Part shown: positions 1 to 9,169 of the stretch, one piece after another
Layout: the number at the start of each line of letters is the position of its first letter
How positions within the stretch are numbered: the first letter of the stretch is position 1
Made by a program: the position numbers and the translations under genes
The notes under the pieces: generated by a model
The model's database searches: none
What the model saw: the letters and a program-made list of their open reading frames with translations, nothing else
Told to the model about the DNA's origin: nothing
Assembly: GCA_963749655.1 (NCBI GenBank)
Contig: CAVVOB010000021.1
Span: forward strand, 1-64,000
Direction of reading: 5' to 3'
DNA from: Nitrospirota bacterium
Lineage (GTDB): Bacteria > Nitrospirota > UBA9217
Length of the DNA stretch: 64,000 nucleotides

Positions 1-30
1 TCTGGCTAGCCTTGGACCGATTACGTATTG

Positions 31-653
31 CTAGTTCGTCAATTGATTGTAGAACTCGCGCTGACATCTGCCGATGAAACCGCCACCGATCAGCACCTTC
101 CTGGCACGCGTGGCCTGAATGAAGGTGTATAGATTTACCATGTCTTCGGCAGGCAGCGTGCCGCTGCTGACGCAGCCGACAACACGTCGTCGATCGACCG
201 GCCGCCTGCTGTCACGGTGTTGAGATAAGACACATAGGACCGCGGCGCTTTGCTTTCCTCGAAATAGTCGCCGGGGATCACCAGCACCATAACGGCCCCC
301 GACGCTGCGTGGCTTCCGATCATGATCGCTTCGCTTTCGAACTGCTTTTTTTCCAGCCTGAACTTCGCAGCGTGTGTTGAATCTTTTTCCAGATCCCGAA
401 AAAAATGAGAATAGGCGGGGTGGACGATGATAAAGATTTCTGCCTGCTCTTTTGACTTTCGTGCGGCATTTGCCGTTTCTGCAGTAAGCTTCTGGACGGA
501 GAGCGCACCGTCGGTGGGAGGAAAGCGGTTCTGCAACTCGGGGAAATAGGTCGTGGACGGATCAAGTTGACTTGACGGGGCGCAGCCGGACGACAACAGG
601 ATTGAAATGATCAAGGCGACTGCACTAATCGAATACAGGATCGTTCTAATCAC
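31..653 (-). CDS. Putative lipoprotein, apparently frameshifted near 160-190
   Basis: Signal peptide ending LLSSGC; protein-like sequence continues in another frame (EDMVNLYTFIQATRARKVLIGGGFIGRCQREFY) to TAG at 31-33. Confidence 0.55.
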
Positions 654-791
654 GAAATGGCCCGCTCACCGATGCTGAATAATGATACATTGCATATATA
701 TTACTTGAATTCAGCGGGTCTGTAAATATGAAAAATTCAGCTGCCGCGCCGATGCAACAGCGCCGGCATAACAATCAGCCCCCCAGGCTTC

Positions 792-1571
792 TCAAACGAT
801 GGAACTCCAGACTTTCACCGCCGTAGCAATGATGATCGCGGCAAGCAGCCATTTGAGAAACCGCGTGTCGGTCCTTTTGCCGACAATGCTCCCCCAGCGG
901 GCCGACGGGATTGCACCCGCAACAAGGGGGACCGCCATGAGATAGGGAACCTGGCTCGTCGCAACCTTGCCGACCAGCCCGGCAGAGGAAGAAAAAAGCC
1001 CTATCGCAAGCGTGCTGCCCAGGGCGACCCGCAGCGGAATCTTGAGCACATAAAGCATGGTCGGGATCAAGATGAAGGCTCCTCCCTGGCCCACGAGGCC
1101 GATCGTGAAACCGAGCACGACGCCGATCGTTCCTGCCGTTGCCCGGTGAAAGTCCACCTTGTCTTCCGTCAGATCATCGTGGTGGTATTTTCGCGGGATC
1201 AGCATCATGATCGCGGCGATCAGGGCCAGCGAGCCGAACACCATCAGAAGCGTTTCATCGGACATTGATTTCGATGCCAGCGAGCCGATGAGCGAGGAGC
1301 CGAAAAGCGACAGCCCGAGGGTAAAGACGAGCTTCCTGTTGACCAGCGCATTCTTGTGGTAATACAGCATCGCCGTGAGCGCCGAAAAAAAGCCCTGGAT
1401 CATCGTGAGGCCGGTGACACTTTTCACATCGATGGCGGAGAGGCCGAGAAGCGGCGGAACATACAGCAGCAGCGGAAACATGACAATGCCTCCGCCGATC
1501 CCGAGCAGGCCTGACAGGAACCCGACAGCGGCCCCGACTGCAGCAGGAAACAGGAGATCGCCCGCGTCCAT
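792..1571 (-). CDS. Sulfite exporter TauE/SafE (TSUP) family membrane protein
   Basis: GFLSGLLGIGGG and GLVGQGGAF repeated motifs; about 8 hydrophobic segments. Confidence 0.9.
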   Translation of the reverse strand: MDAGDLLFPAAVGAAVGFLSGLLGIGGGIVMFPLLLYVPPLLGLSAIDVKSVTGLTMIQGFFSALTAMLYYHKNALVNRKLVFTLGLSLFGSSLIGSLASKSMSDETLLMVFGSLALIAAIMMLIPRKYHHDDLTEDKVDFHRATAGTIGVVLGFTIGLVGQGGAFILIPTMLYVLKIPLRVALGSTLAIGLFSSSAGLVGKVATSQVPYLMAVPLVAGAIPSARWGSIVGKRTDTRFLKWLLAAIIIATAVKVWSSIV

Positions 1572-1573
1572 GG

Positions 1574-2620
1574 TTAGGGCTCCACGAATAGACGCTTGGC
1601 GCCCTGCGGGACGGCAGCCAATAGGTCACCGATATGGGCGGCGGGATGTTTCGCCTTTCGGAGCTCCCTGTCAAGCCGTTCCCGCTTGTCCTGCGGCACA
1701 AAGATAAGCAACCCTCCCGACGTCTGGGCGTCATTCAGGAGCGCGCGGTCCGTAGCGGAAACGCCCTGCCCATACTCCACGAAGGGAGCATAATTTTTTT
1801 CATTCGCCCTCGTTCCTCCGGGAATCATGGACCGTTCTGCAAGTATTCGGGCTTCTTCAAAAACCGGGACCTGCCGCGCATGAATCTTCGCCGCGCATTT
1901 GCTTGCCGCAAGGACCTCGTTCATGTGGCCGATGAGGCCGAACCCGGTGATGTCCGTGGCCGTGCTGACGCCCACCTCTATCATGATTTCTCCGGCACGC
2001 TTGTTGAGCGTTGCCATCGACGAGGTGAACAGTTGGGCGGTCTCGGCGCTGCATGTTCCCGCCTTCAGGCCGGTGGCGATGATTCCGGTGCCGATAGGTT
2101 TCGTCAGGATCAGCGCATCGCCGGGCCTGGCCTTGGTATTGTCCAATATCGCGCCCGGGTGGATCGAGCCCAGCACGGCATAGCCGAACTTCGGCTCCTT
2201 GTCCTTGATCGTGTGACCGCCTATGATCGGCACGCCGGCCTCTTTCATCTTGTCGAAGCCGCCCTGGATGATGCGTTTATTGATCTCCCGAAAATCTTCG
2301 CTGCCCGGAAGCGCGGCAATGTTCAGGGCGACAAGAGCCTTTCCGCCCATGGCATAAACGTCGGAAAGGGAGTTTGCCGCCGCAATGGCGCCGAACCAAT
2401 AAGGATCATCGACGATAGGCGTGAAAAAGTCCGTGGTAAGGACCATGGCCAGGTCGTCCGAAATACGGTACACACCGGCGTCGTCCGCGTTCGCGGACCC
2501 GACAAGCACGTTCGGGTCGGATATCTGTGGCAATTGTCCCAGGACCTGGGACAGATCAGCAGGGCTGAATTTCGCCGCTCAACCGGCGCAGCTTGACAAA
2601 TGTGTAAGCTTTAGCTCCAT
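1574..2620 (-). CDS. selD: Selenide,water dikinase (selenophosphate synthetase), selenocysteine form
   Basis: Start ATG 2620 with SD AGGAGG; MELKLTHLSSCAG-UGA(2579-2581)-AAKFSP in frame with the 319 aa ORF; motifs DDAGVY, TTDFFTPIVDDP, ANSLSDVYAMGG, DITGFGL, DAQTSGGLL. Confidence 0.95.
2535..2553 (-). promoter_or_regulatory. Putative bacterial SECIS hairpin of selD
   Basis: TGTCCCAG-GTC-CTGGGACA perfect 8-bp stem; loop starts 34 nt after the UGA. Confidence 0.7.
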
Positions 2621-2796
2621 AGCCCCTCCTTTCGAAGGTGTCACGGCACGTTTCCCTTTGGAAAATTTTGTTTGCAATTATGTTCAATCTTATTGTTTTT
2701 TGATTAAATGTCAATCAATACTTGTTGTAGTATTCGTGGTTTGAACGAATGGGAAATCACATTTGCCGGATGAGTCGCCTCCGGCATTAGTCGCCG

Positions 2797-3030
2797 TTAG
2801 AATTCATATCGCAATTGTGAATACATATTGTCATCCTTCGCGCGCGAATTGTCCGAATTGGGTCCACGGTTTGCCCCCGCCGAACACGTTCCCTCCCAGC
2901 GCTATCCATACCGAATCCGTAAGGTTGTACTTAACTTCGGGGTTCAGCATGTAGTCTCTGTCCGAAAGACCGTAGAAAGCGAAGAAGGAAAGTCTCAGCG
3001 TCTGATGAACCATGAATTGCGTGATGCGCG
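2797..3030 (-). pseudogene. 3' fragment of an outer-membrane beta-barrel protein gene
   Basis: ...LNPEVKYNLTDSVWIALGGNVFGG..FGQFA then, after a frameshift, KDDNMYSQLRYEF-stop (alternating pattern, terminal Y-x-F); no 5' portion. Confidence 0.55.
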
Positions 3031-3104
3031 AGAATCTCCAGCCTCGCAGGGTTGGAAAAAACCTTGCAGAAATCGGCATGGAGCTTCAAAAGCTTTTTAT
3101 TCAC
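3031..3104 (-). pseudogene. 5' fragment of an ArsR/SmtB regulator gene
   Basis: GTG overlapping the sqr stop; MNKKLLKLHADFCKVFSNPARLEIL matches ArsR helix 1-2, then similarity ends. Confidence 0.55.
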
Positions 3105-4291
3105 GGCAAATTGCTGAGCCCCCTCTTCATTTTCCAAAGGAAGTATTTCTCGAATCTGACCTTCATCCATTTTGCCCAGATGGTCTTCTTCGTATAGGAG
3201 CTTTGCCTTGGCGGGAGGACCGGGTATGCCTTCATAAACGCGGCAGTATTCCCCATATCCATGAGGCAAACGACCCCTAATTCGTCGACGAGCGGAGGAG
3301 GCGTGCCAATGACATCCGAAGCGATCGTTGCCGCGGCGGTCTTGGCCATCTTTACCGTCATGAATCCCGTCTTGGGAACGCCCGTGGGCACCGGCGTTGC
3401 TTCCGGCGGTGCGATCGCCATCGTGACGCCGATCGCGAAGATGTTCTTGTATTTCGTGTGACGGTAGTTCTTGTCCACCGGGATGAAGCCGCGGGGATTG
3501 CCGATCGACATGACCGCGGGCACTCCCTTAAAGGGCGGCGCGATCATGGCCAACTTGAATGGAATCTTGTTTCCGTCCTTGAGTCTAATCTCTCCTGGCG
3601 CCACTTCCTGAATGGCCTGATTAATGACCGGCTTGATGTCCCGTTCGGCGAACTCGTACTCCATGAACGTTTTGGAGTTGCCGAGCCCACCTACGCCCAT
3701 ATGGCCGAGATAAGGTTCGGAGGTCAGGTAGGTGATGGGCACTTTGTGGCGCATCTTTCTGCGTCGAAGCTCCGCATCCATCTCAAAGGCCAATTCATAG
3801 GATGGGCCGAAACAGCTGACCATCTGGGACGAGCCGACCACGACAGGACCGGGATTCTCCAGAATCTTCTTCCATGTTTCCCTGGTTTTTACCGCATGGT
3901 CAAGGGTAAAGGTGCAGTCCGTGTGGCCTTTGTCCGGGCCCAGGCCCGGAATTTCATCGAAGGACAGATGCGGACCTGTTGATACAACGAGATGATCATA
4001 GGAAAGCTCTTTCCCTTGGTCCGTGACGACCTTCGATGAATCGGCGTCGATCTGCTTTGCCACATCATGAACGAACCCGATCCCCTTCGGCTTCAGGATC
4101 TCGCTCACTCTGAGCGTGATGTCCTCGGGTCTGCGCCAGCCCATGATGAGCCACGGCAAAGACGGCAGGAATACGAACCGGTCGTCGTTGCTTACCACCG
4201 TTACGACTGCTTTGCTTCCGAGCAGCCGCTTAAGTTCAAAAGCCGCTGTCAACCCCCCGAATGATCCCCCTAATACAACGATCTTTGACAT
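3101..4291 (-). CDS. sqr: Sulfide:quinone oxidoreductase family flavoprotein
   Basis: N-terminal FAD-binding fold (VLGGSFGG), FLPSLPW, SCFGPSYE, PVPTGVPKTGFM, VVCLMDMG, amphipathic C-terminus FEKYFLWKMK. Confidence 0.9.
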   Translation of the reverse strand: MSKIVVLGGSFGGLTAAFELKRLLGSKAVVTVVSNDDRFVFLPSLPWLIMGWRRPEDITLRVSEILKPKGIGFVHDVAKQIDADSSKVVTDQGKELSYDHLVVSTGPHLSFDEIPGLGPDKGHTDCTFTLDHAVKTRETWKKILENPGPVVVGSSQMVSCFGPSYELAFEMDAELRRRKMRHKVPITYLTSEPYLGHMGVGGLGNSKTFMEYEFAERDIKPVINQAIQEVAPGEIRLKDGNKIPFKLAMIAPPFKGVPAVMSIGNPRGFIPVDKNYRHTKYKNIFAIGVTMAIAPPEATPVPTGVPKTGFMTVKMAKTAAATIASDVIGTPPPLVDELGVVCLMDMGNTAAFMKAYPVLPPRQSSYTKKTIWAKWMKVRFEKYFLWKMKRGLSNLP

Positions 4292-4341
4292 AATATCCTC
4301 CCCAGGATTTTTGTCTTCGTGTGTCCTTCTTAAATGGACAT

Positions 4342-4623
4342 CTAAAACATTCCGTTTACCCTCTTGCCGCTCGTTATGATGTCCGTCAGTTTATGGTAGT
4401 CGATGATTTTAACCCGTTCGTCCATCTCGGAATCCTTGAGACCACGAAGCCTCTTGTCGTCATCCAGCACGTAGATGGTGCCTGACAAAGCTCCAAGCCG
4501 CTCCTTCTGGGCAAAATAGACCCCGTTCTGTAGGAGAACAAGATCAGCCCCGCTTTCCCTCGCAAGGGTCAATCCGAGTGCTCCATCGGTCGTGTCGGGC
4601 GCGCTTTTTATCATTACCAGCAT
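4342..4623 (-). CDS. DsrH/TusB-like sulfur relay protein
   Basis: 93 aa, LLQNGVY and DKRLRGL motifs; third gene of a DsrE-F-H-like triplet. Confidence 0.8.
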   Translation of the reverse strand: MLVMIKSAPDTTDGALGLTLARESGADLVLLQNGVYFAQKERLGALSGTIYVLDDDKRLRGLKDSEMDERVKIIDYHKLTDIITSGKRVNGMF

Positions 4624-4635
4624 TGCAGCCTCCTC

Positions 4636-4989
4636 TCAGAATATCATTGTCGCTTTTGCGTCCTTCATCAGCCTCGCGATCTTTTTACCGTCGATTACTT
4701 TTACGCCTTCGACCATATCTCTCAACCCAACACGTTGGGTTTTGAGAGAGTAGTCATCCGCGTAAACGGAGACCCCCATTTCCATACAGTCCTTGACAGC
4801 GCCTTCGAGGTTGGTAAACCCTGTCCCGGCATCGTTTTGCCCCTTTTTTGCGAGCAGCACCCCGCCGTCTACGAGGATCAGATCAACGCCCATTTCAAAC
4901 GACGCCGCGCCGAGGGCATGGCGCACGGCCTCGGCTGCGTTTATATCGCCGTACGGAGACCTCTTTAAAATCATCGCAACATTTGCCAT
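4636..4989 (-). CDS. DsrF/TusC-like (DsrE family) protein
   Basis: Start MANVAMILKRSPYG after SD GGGAGG; AEAVRHA and DGGVLLAKKGQ motifs. Confidence 0.8.
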   Translation of the reverse strand: MANVAMILKRSPYGDINAAEAVRHALGAASFEMGVDLILVDGGVLLAKKGQNDAGTGFTNLEGAVKDCMEMGVSVYADDYSLKTQRVGLRDMVEGVKVIDGKKIARLMKDAKATMIF

Positions 4990-5042
4990 GTTTTCCTCCC
5001 TGCATTTATTCCGCATTCCGCAATCCGCATACCGAATTTTCG

Positions 5043-5399
5043 TCATGCACCGAGATTGATCCATACATCCGTCTCGCCCATGGTTGCAAACAAACCTTTG
5101 AGCGAACCGACTTCCGTACCTGCAAGATAGTCGTCTTTCGCCGCACGGCGAAAGTTCAGGCATCCGCCTCAGAGATACACCTTCAGTCCTTTTTGGATGA
5201 GCCGGGTGAACTCCTCCTCGGCGTTCAGGATGCCCTTTGCTTTCTGTTTTGTCAAAAAACAATAGATACCGTCAGCCGAGGCGATAAGATTGACGGTATG
5301 CCCCTTGTCCAGGGCTGATTCCGCGATTCGGGCGCTTGTTAAAGTGTTCTCGTAGGAATACGGCGATGTTGATAAATACAGAGTTACTGTTTTCGGCAT
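5043..5399 (-). CDS. DsrE/TusD-like selenoprotein (UxxC)
   Basis: The 76 aa ORF stops at UGA 5169-5171 where the DsrE active Cys is expected (KVYL-U-GGC); frame stays open to TGA 5043-5045, giving 118 aa, a normal DsrE length. Confidence 0.85.
5135..5154 (-). promoter_or_regulatory. Putative SECIS hairpin of the DsrE-like gene
   Basis: CTTTCGCC-GTGC-GGCGAAAG perfect stem; loop starts 23 nt after the UGA. Confidence 0.7.
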
Positions 5400-5604
5400 A
5401 GCAGCCTCCTTTCTTTGATTGGGAAATTGCCAATTTCAGAACCCATCGCAACCAATCAGTTCCGAACATCAGGCGGTATCTGCTCGGGATCGATCGGGAA
5501 CGCGATCGATCCGACATTGTGGTAAGGATCTACTTCCGTCGTGGCCATCTAGAAAGAAAACCGCCGTCCAAATCCAATCCTGAAGGAGTGCCTAAAGGCG
5601 GTGT

Positions 5605-5878
5605 TCATGCGGTCTCCTTTACATCGCCGTCGCTGATGAGCGCCGTTTTGAGCGCCTCGAACGGTAATCGTGTCATTCTTCGCGAGGAGTCGACCGTTCA
5701 CCATGACTGACGGGCACGGCAGAGGATCTGTCATCTGGCTGTACTCCTTCGAAGTTTTTTTGATAACAACAATTTCGGCGCTGACTTCCTTCTCCGCCCG
5801 ACGGGCGGCGTCCATGTTGGACATTCAGCGCTTGCCCATCGGGTCATTTACATACAGCGTAATCGTGTGCTTTTTCAT
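5605..5878 (-). CDS. Small thioredoxin-like selenoprotein with NDPxGxxU motif (one probable indel near 5662)
   Basis: ATG 5878 with SD AGGAG; MKKHTITLYVNDPMGKR-UGA(5825-5827)-MSNMDAARR...CPSVMVNG; removing one base gives ...FEALKTALISDGDVKETA-stop. Confidence 0.75.
5794..5808 (-). promoter_or_regulatory. Putative SECIS hairpin of the NDPxGxxU gene
   Basis: CCGCCC-GTC-GGGCGG; loop starts 23 nt after the UGA. Confidence 0.6.
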
Positions 5879-5883
5879 AGCTA

Positions 5884-6225
5884 CTATCTTCTCCTTTCAC
5901 CTGGATAGGTCCCTTTTTTCGTCACCGGACAACAGGCCGGCGCAGGAACATCTTCTTTATACTGTTTTTTGAGCAGTTCGAGAAGGTCGGGAATGATCGG
6001 TTCTTTAAGGAAGTAGCACTTGAGCCTGCCGTCAACGAAGAAATCGATGACTCCGTTGGTCCGAAGCAACGTCAGATGCTGTGAAACATTGGGCTGGCTT
6101 ATATCGAGGGAGTCTTCGAAATCGCTCACGCATTTTACGCCTTGGGTGAGTTCTTCGAGGATCTTGATCCGGACAGGATGGGCAATGACTTTGAGCAGAT
6201 CCACGCGCTTGTCGATTGGGATCAT
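5884..6225 (-). CDS. ArsR/SmtB family transcriptional regulator with C-terminal CC
   Basis: KVIAHPVRIKIL, CVSDF, ISQPNVSQHLTLLR winged HTH; tail PACCP. Confidence 0.9.
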   Translation of the reverse strand: MIPIDKRVDLLKVIAHPVRIKILEELTQGVKCVSDFEDSLDISQPNVSQHLTLLRTNGVIDFFVDGRLKCYFLKEPIIPDLLELLKKQYKEDVPAPACCPVTKKGTYPGERRR

Positions 6226-6277
6226 GGAGACCTCCTTCAGGATGAACTGAGTTCCTCCAGCACGACATTCGGGGATG

Positions 6278-6517
6278 CTAGGTTTCCCTGGTCATGCGTA
6301 TATGCAGGATGGTGGAATCATCGTGGTCGAGCGTCTCAACGATTTGGTACCACTTATGCTTCAGGTAACTGTCGACCATTGCCTTCGAGGCAATGCAATT
6401 GTCGATTTCTATTTTCAGAGTATCGCCGGGCGCCAGTTTTCCCAGTTCGCCGAACAGCTTTTTCTTATCCGGGATGCAGCAATCAAGCATTATGTTTATC
6501 GGATCCGACAGCTTCAT
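6278..6517 (-). CDS. TusA/SirA-like small protein
   Basis: 79 aa; LAPGDTLKIEIDN and terminal beta strand typical of the SirA fold; N-terminal DCCIP instead of CPxP. Confidence 0.6.
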   Translation of the reverse strand: MKLSDPINIMLDCCIPDKKKLFGELGKLAPGDTLKIEIDNCIASKAMVDSYLKHKWYQIVETLDHDDSTILHIRMTRET

Positions 6518-6579
6518 GACTCTTATCCCTTTCCAGCGCAATAGAGTTTTAGAACTTGATACTCTCATATTACATGCAA

Positions 6580-6608
6580 ATATTATTATGCTTTTATGGA
6601 AATGTCAA
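6580..6608 (-). promoter_or_regulatory. Sigma70-like promoter of the sulfur/selenium cluster
   Basis: TTGACA (6608-6603), 17 nt spacer, TAATAT (6585-6580). Confidence 0.55.
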
Positions 6609-6743
6609 CGTGAAGTTTTAATTTGAGGTAACAGGATGAGTGAAGGATACGATGAGCAACGGAGACAGCAATACAGACAAAAATAAATCAATTTTTCAAT
6701 ATTTTATACGTAACGCATGCTATGAGACATGCCCGATGTGAAC

Positions 6744-8930
6744 TTAGCTGCCCCCCAGGTTGACGCTGATGTCCATCTCCTTTTCTCCGAGGAGGAACCG
6801 TTTTCGCAGGACGTGGACAGTAATCTTATCTCCGGATTTTTTGTAAAAGAGTTCGATTTTTAAATCATCGGCAGACTTCACGGGAGTCTTGTCGATCGCC
6901 AGGATCGAGTCTCCTGTTTCTATGCCCGCCATCTTTGAAATACTGTTTGCGGGCAGCTCCGAAACGACCACCCTTCCTGCGCTTTCCTTCAGCACCACCA
7001 TGAGCTTCGGAGCAGTCACTCCCTCCAGGGCTGCGGGGAAAACCAGGTAATCGGAAATATCCCGGTCAATGTCGCCGTCGTTCAGAATCGTCGCGTATTC
7101 ATATCCGTTTCGGCGATGAGACCGCTTCGGAATCCCCGATCCATAGGCCAGGTGTCCCACTCCCGCAAGCACGACCATCTGCCTGTCGGGATTCTTTTTC
7201 AGGTAGTCGTCCACGGACTGGGCCATGGTCTCATCCCACAAGATCTGTGCCTGATAGAAAAAGTCGAAACTCCTCTCGTTCTTGCTCTGGTGCTCGGCGA
7301 AAGCCTGCTCCAGCCGGTCGCGGTAGTCCCGGTCGGTAAGGTCCATCTCCGCGGGAAGCGCCTTACGCTCCTCGTCTGAAAGGGCGTCCATGCCCTGGCG
7401 GGAAACCTTTTCCGTTATCTCGCGCTGCATGTTCAGTGCGACCACGGGGATCTTCTCGGCGCGGGCGAAGTCAAGGATGGGCTTATAGAGATTGAAATCG
7501 AAGCTCCACCGTGAAAAATATTCGGTCCGCTTCAGGAATTCCCGCTCTTCGATCGAACCGCCGATATATTCATCGAGCACCTTCTGGAACGGCCGCTGGA
7601 ACATCTCCATGCCGATGGCGATGTGGCGGTTCTTCCGGTACAGCGCTTTGATCATCCTGAGTTCAACGGCGTGGTGCGCGAACCGGTCATGATACTCGCC
7701 TACATACACGATCTTTTTCCCGAACGCACCTTCGATTACCTGCTCCAGTGACTTTACCATTGAAACGTCGATTGCCAGAGGCTCTTCCCGCAGTTCCATC
7801 ACGATCCCCCTGTCGGAGTCTTCCGTTGTCCGGAGGACTGATCCTTTTTTGTCGATGATGACGGCGCTCGCGTCCCCAGCGTCGGCAAGAATACGGGCGG
7901 CTTCACCGGTTGCCTGCGCCGATGCCGCAGCCACGGTCACGATGACGGCGCCGCTTTTCCACGGATTCTTTCGCGCCCTGAGTCTCAGCTCGTCATCGCC
8001 TGTTTCAAATTGTCCGAAAAGCCTGCCGATGACCGGATTGTCGCCGCCGAGCACGATCAGGGACGACGTCCGGATATCGGCATCCTTTACGCCTGCCGCC
8101 GGGCGCGGTTCGAAACCGCGCGCTTTCAGGGCTTCAATGATTCCCCGGTAAAATTCGGTATTGCTCGCCGGGCCGACCAGGATCGGCGTCAGTTCATGCA
8201 GCGCCTGCGCCAGGAGGGGCGGCGTTTCGTCCCCGGTCAGCCTTCTCGGTACGTCATAGTCGCGGTCGATCGCGACTGACGCCGGCTCCTCATCAACAAG
8301 GACCGACACCTGCTGCCTTCCGCTGTCCAGCCTTGTTGACTCGGCCCTCTCTTTCCCGCGCAGGAATGAGATGACATATGGAACATCAAGGATATAGGGG
8401 TCTCCCTGCTGGACAAGGTCGAATCTCACCTCATATTTGCCGCCGTTTTTCCTGACTGAAGCATTCTCCACGCCGAGTTCAGGAAGTCCTTTGCGGTCTA
8501 GCCATTGTTTGAAAAACCAACTGAGATCCCGGCCCGCCTCCTTTTCAGCCAGCGCCTCTACGGCGCCCCACAATTCCTTCATCGGCTGGGGCTCCGCTGC
8601 TGTCTTTTCGGCAATCCGGGCAAACCGCTCCCCGCCGAGGAGCAGCTTCAACTGGTGCAATACCATCGCGGCTTTGTCGCGGCCTGCAGCCTGCAGCAGC
8701 GCACCGTGATTCTCACGAAGAGGCTGTTCGTTCTTTGTATCAAAATGCGCAGCGTGATCCAGAAGCATGCCTTTACGCTGGCCCCAGTCCTTTCCAGCGG
8801 ATTCCCGGCTCATAAGCTCGGCCATGCTCGTGCTGCGGGAATCGGCCTTACTGTCCCGGAATTGGCCCGGGAACACGGTTGCCGCCGTCGTTACGAAAAA
8901 CGCAACAAGGTACCGGAGAGATTTTTTCAT
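6744..8930 (-). CDS. Secreted protein: partial M1-peptidase-like region, ChaN-like (cofactor/haem-binding) domain and PDZ domain
   Basis: Signal peptide; KAAMVLHQL..DLSWFFKQWL; VYVGEYHD, IGMEMF, QILWDETMA, VVLAGVGH; C-terminal AGIETGDSILAID. Confidence 0.75.
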   Translation of the reverse strand: MKKSLRYLVAFFVTTAATVFPGQFRDSKADSRSTSMAELMSRESAGKDWGQRKGMLLDHAAHFDTKNEQPLRENHGALLQAAGRDKAAMVLHQLKLLLGGERFARIAEKTAAEPQPMKELWGAVEALAEKEAGRDLSWFFKQWLDRKGLPELGVENASVRKNGGKYEVRFDLVQQGDPYILDVPYVISFLRGKERAESTRLDSGRQQVSVLVDEEPASVAIDRDYDVPRRLTGDETPPLLAQALHELTPILVGPASNTEFYRGIIEALKARGFEPRPAAGVKDADIRTSSLIVLGGDNPVIGRLFGQFETGDDELRLRARKNPWKSGAVIVTVAAASAQATGEAARILADAGDASAVIIDKKGSVLRTTEDSDRGIVMELREEPLAIDVSMVKSLEQVIEGAFGKKIVYVGEYHDRFAHHAVELRMIKALYRKNRHIAIGMEMFQRPFQKVLDEYIGGSIEEREFLKRTEYFSRWSFDFNLYKPILDFARAEKIPVVALNMQREITEKVSRQGMDALSDEERKALPAEMDLTDRDYRDRLEQAFAEHQSKNERSFDFFYQAQILWDETMAQSVDDYLKKNPDRQMVVLAGVGHLAYGSGIPKRSHRRNGYEYATILNDGDIDRDISDYLVFPAALEGVTAPKLMVVLKESAGRVVVSELPANSISKMAGIETGDSILAIDKTPVKSADDLKIELFYKKSGDKITVHVLRKRFLLGEKEMDISVNLGGS

Positions 8931-9097
8931 GTCACCTGCCTGCCCTGATAAAGTGATTTACTCTATGCTATCAGAAAAAGGGCAACCTGGCTATAAAACC
9001 TTCGCCGGGAGCGTTCATGGGCGGGACCCCTGAGAAAAAACGGTCAGCGGCGTACGGGCGCCATGAAAAAGCAGCGAAGATTCCCTGACAAATTGAC

Positions 9098-9126
9098 TTG
9101 AATTTGCCTGAATAGACATCTATAAT
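9098..9126 (+). promoter_or_regulatory. Sigma70 promoter of the dksA-like gene
   Basis: TTGAAT, 17 nt spacer, TATAAT. Confidence 0.6.
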
Positions 9127-9169
9127 GAAAAAATACTTAACCAACCGGGCTCAAGAGAGGGAGTATACT

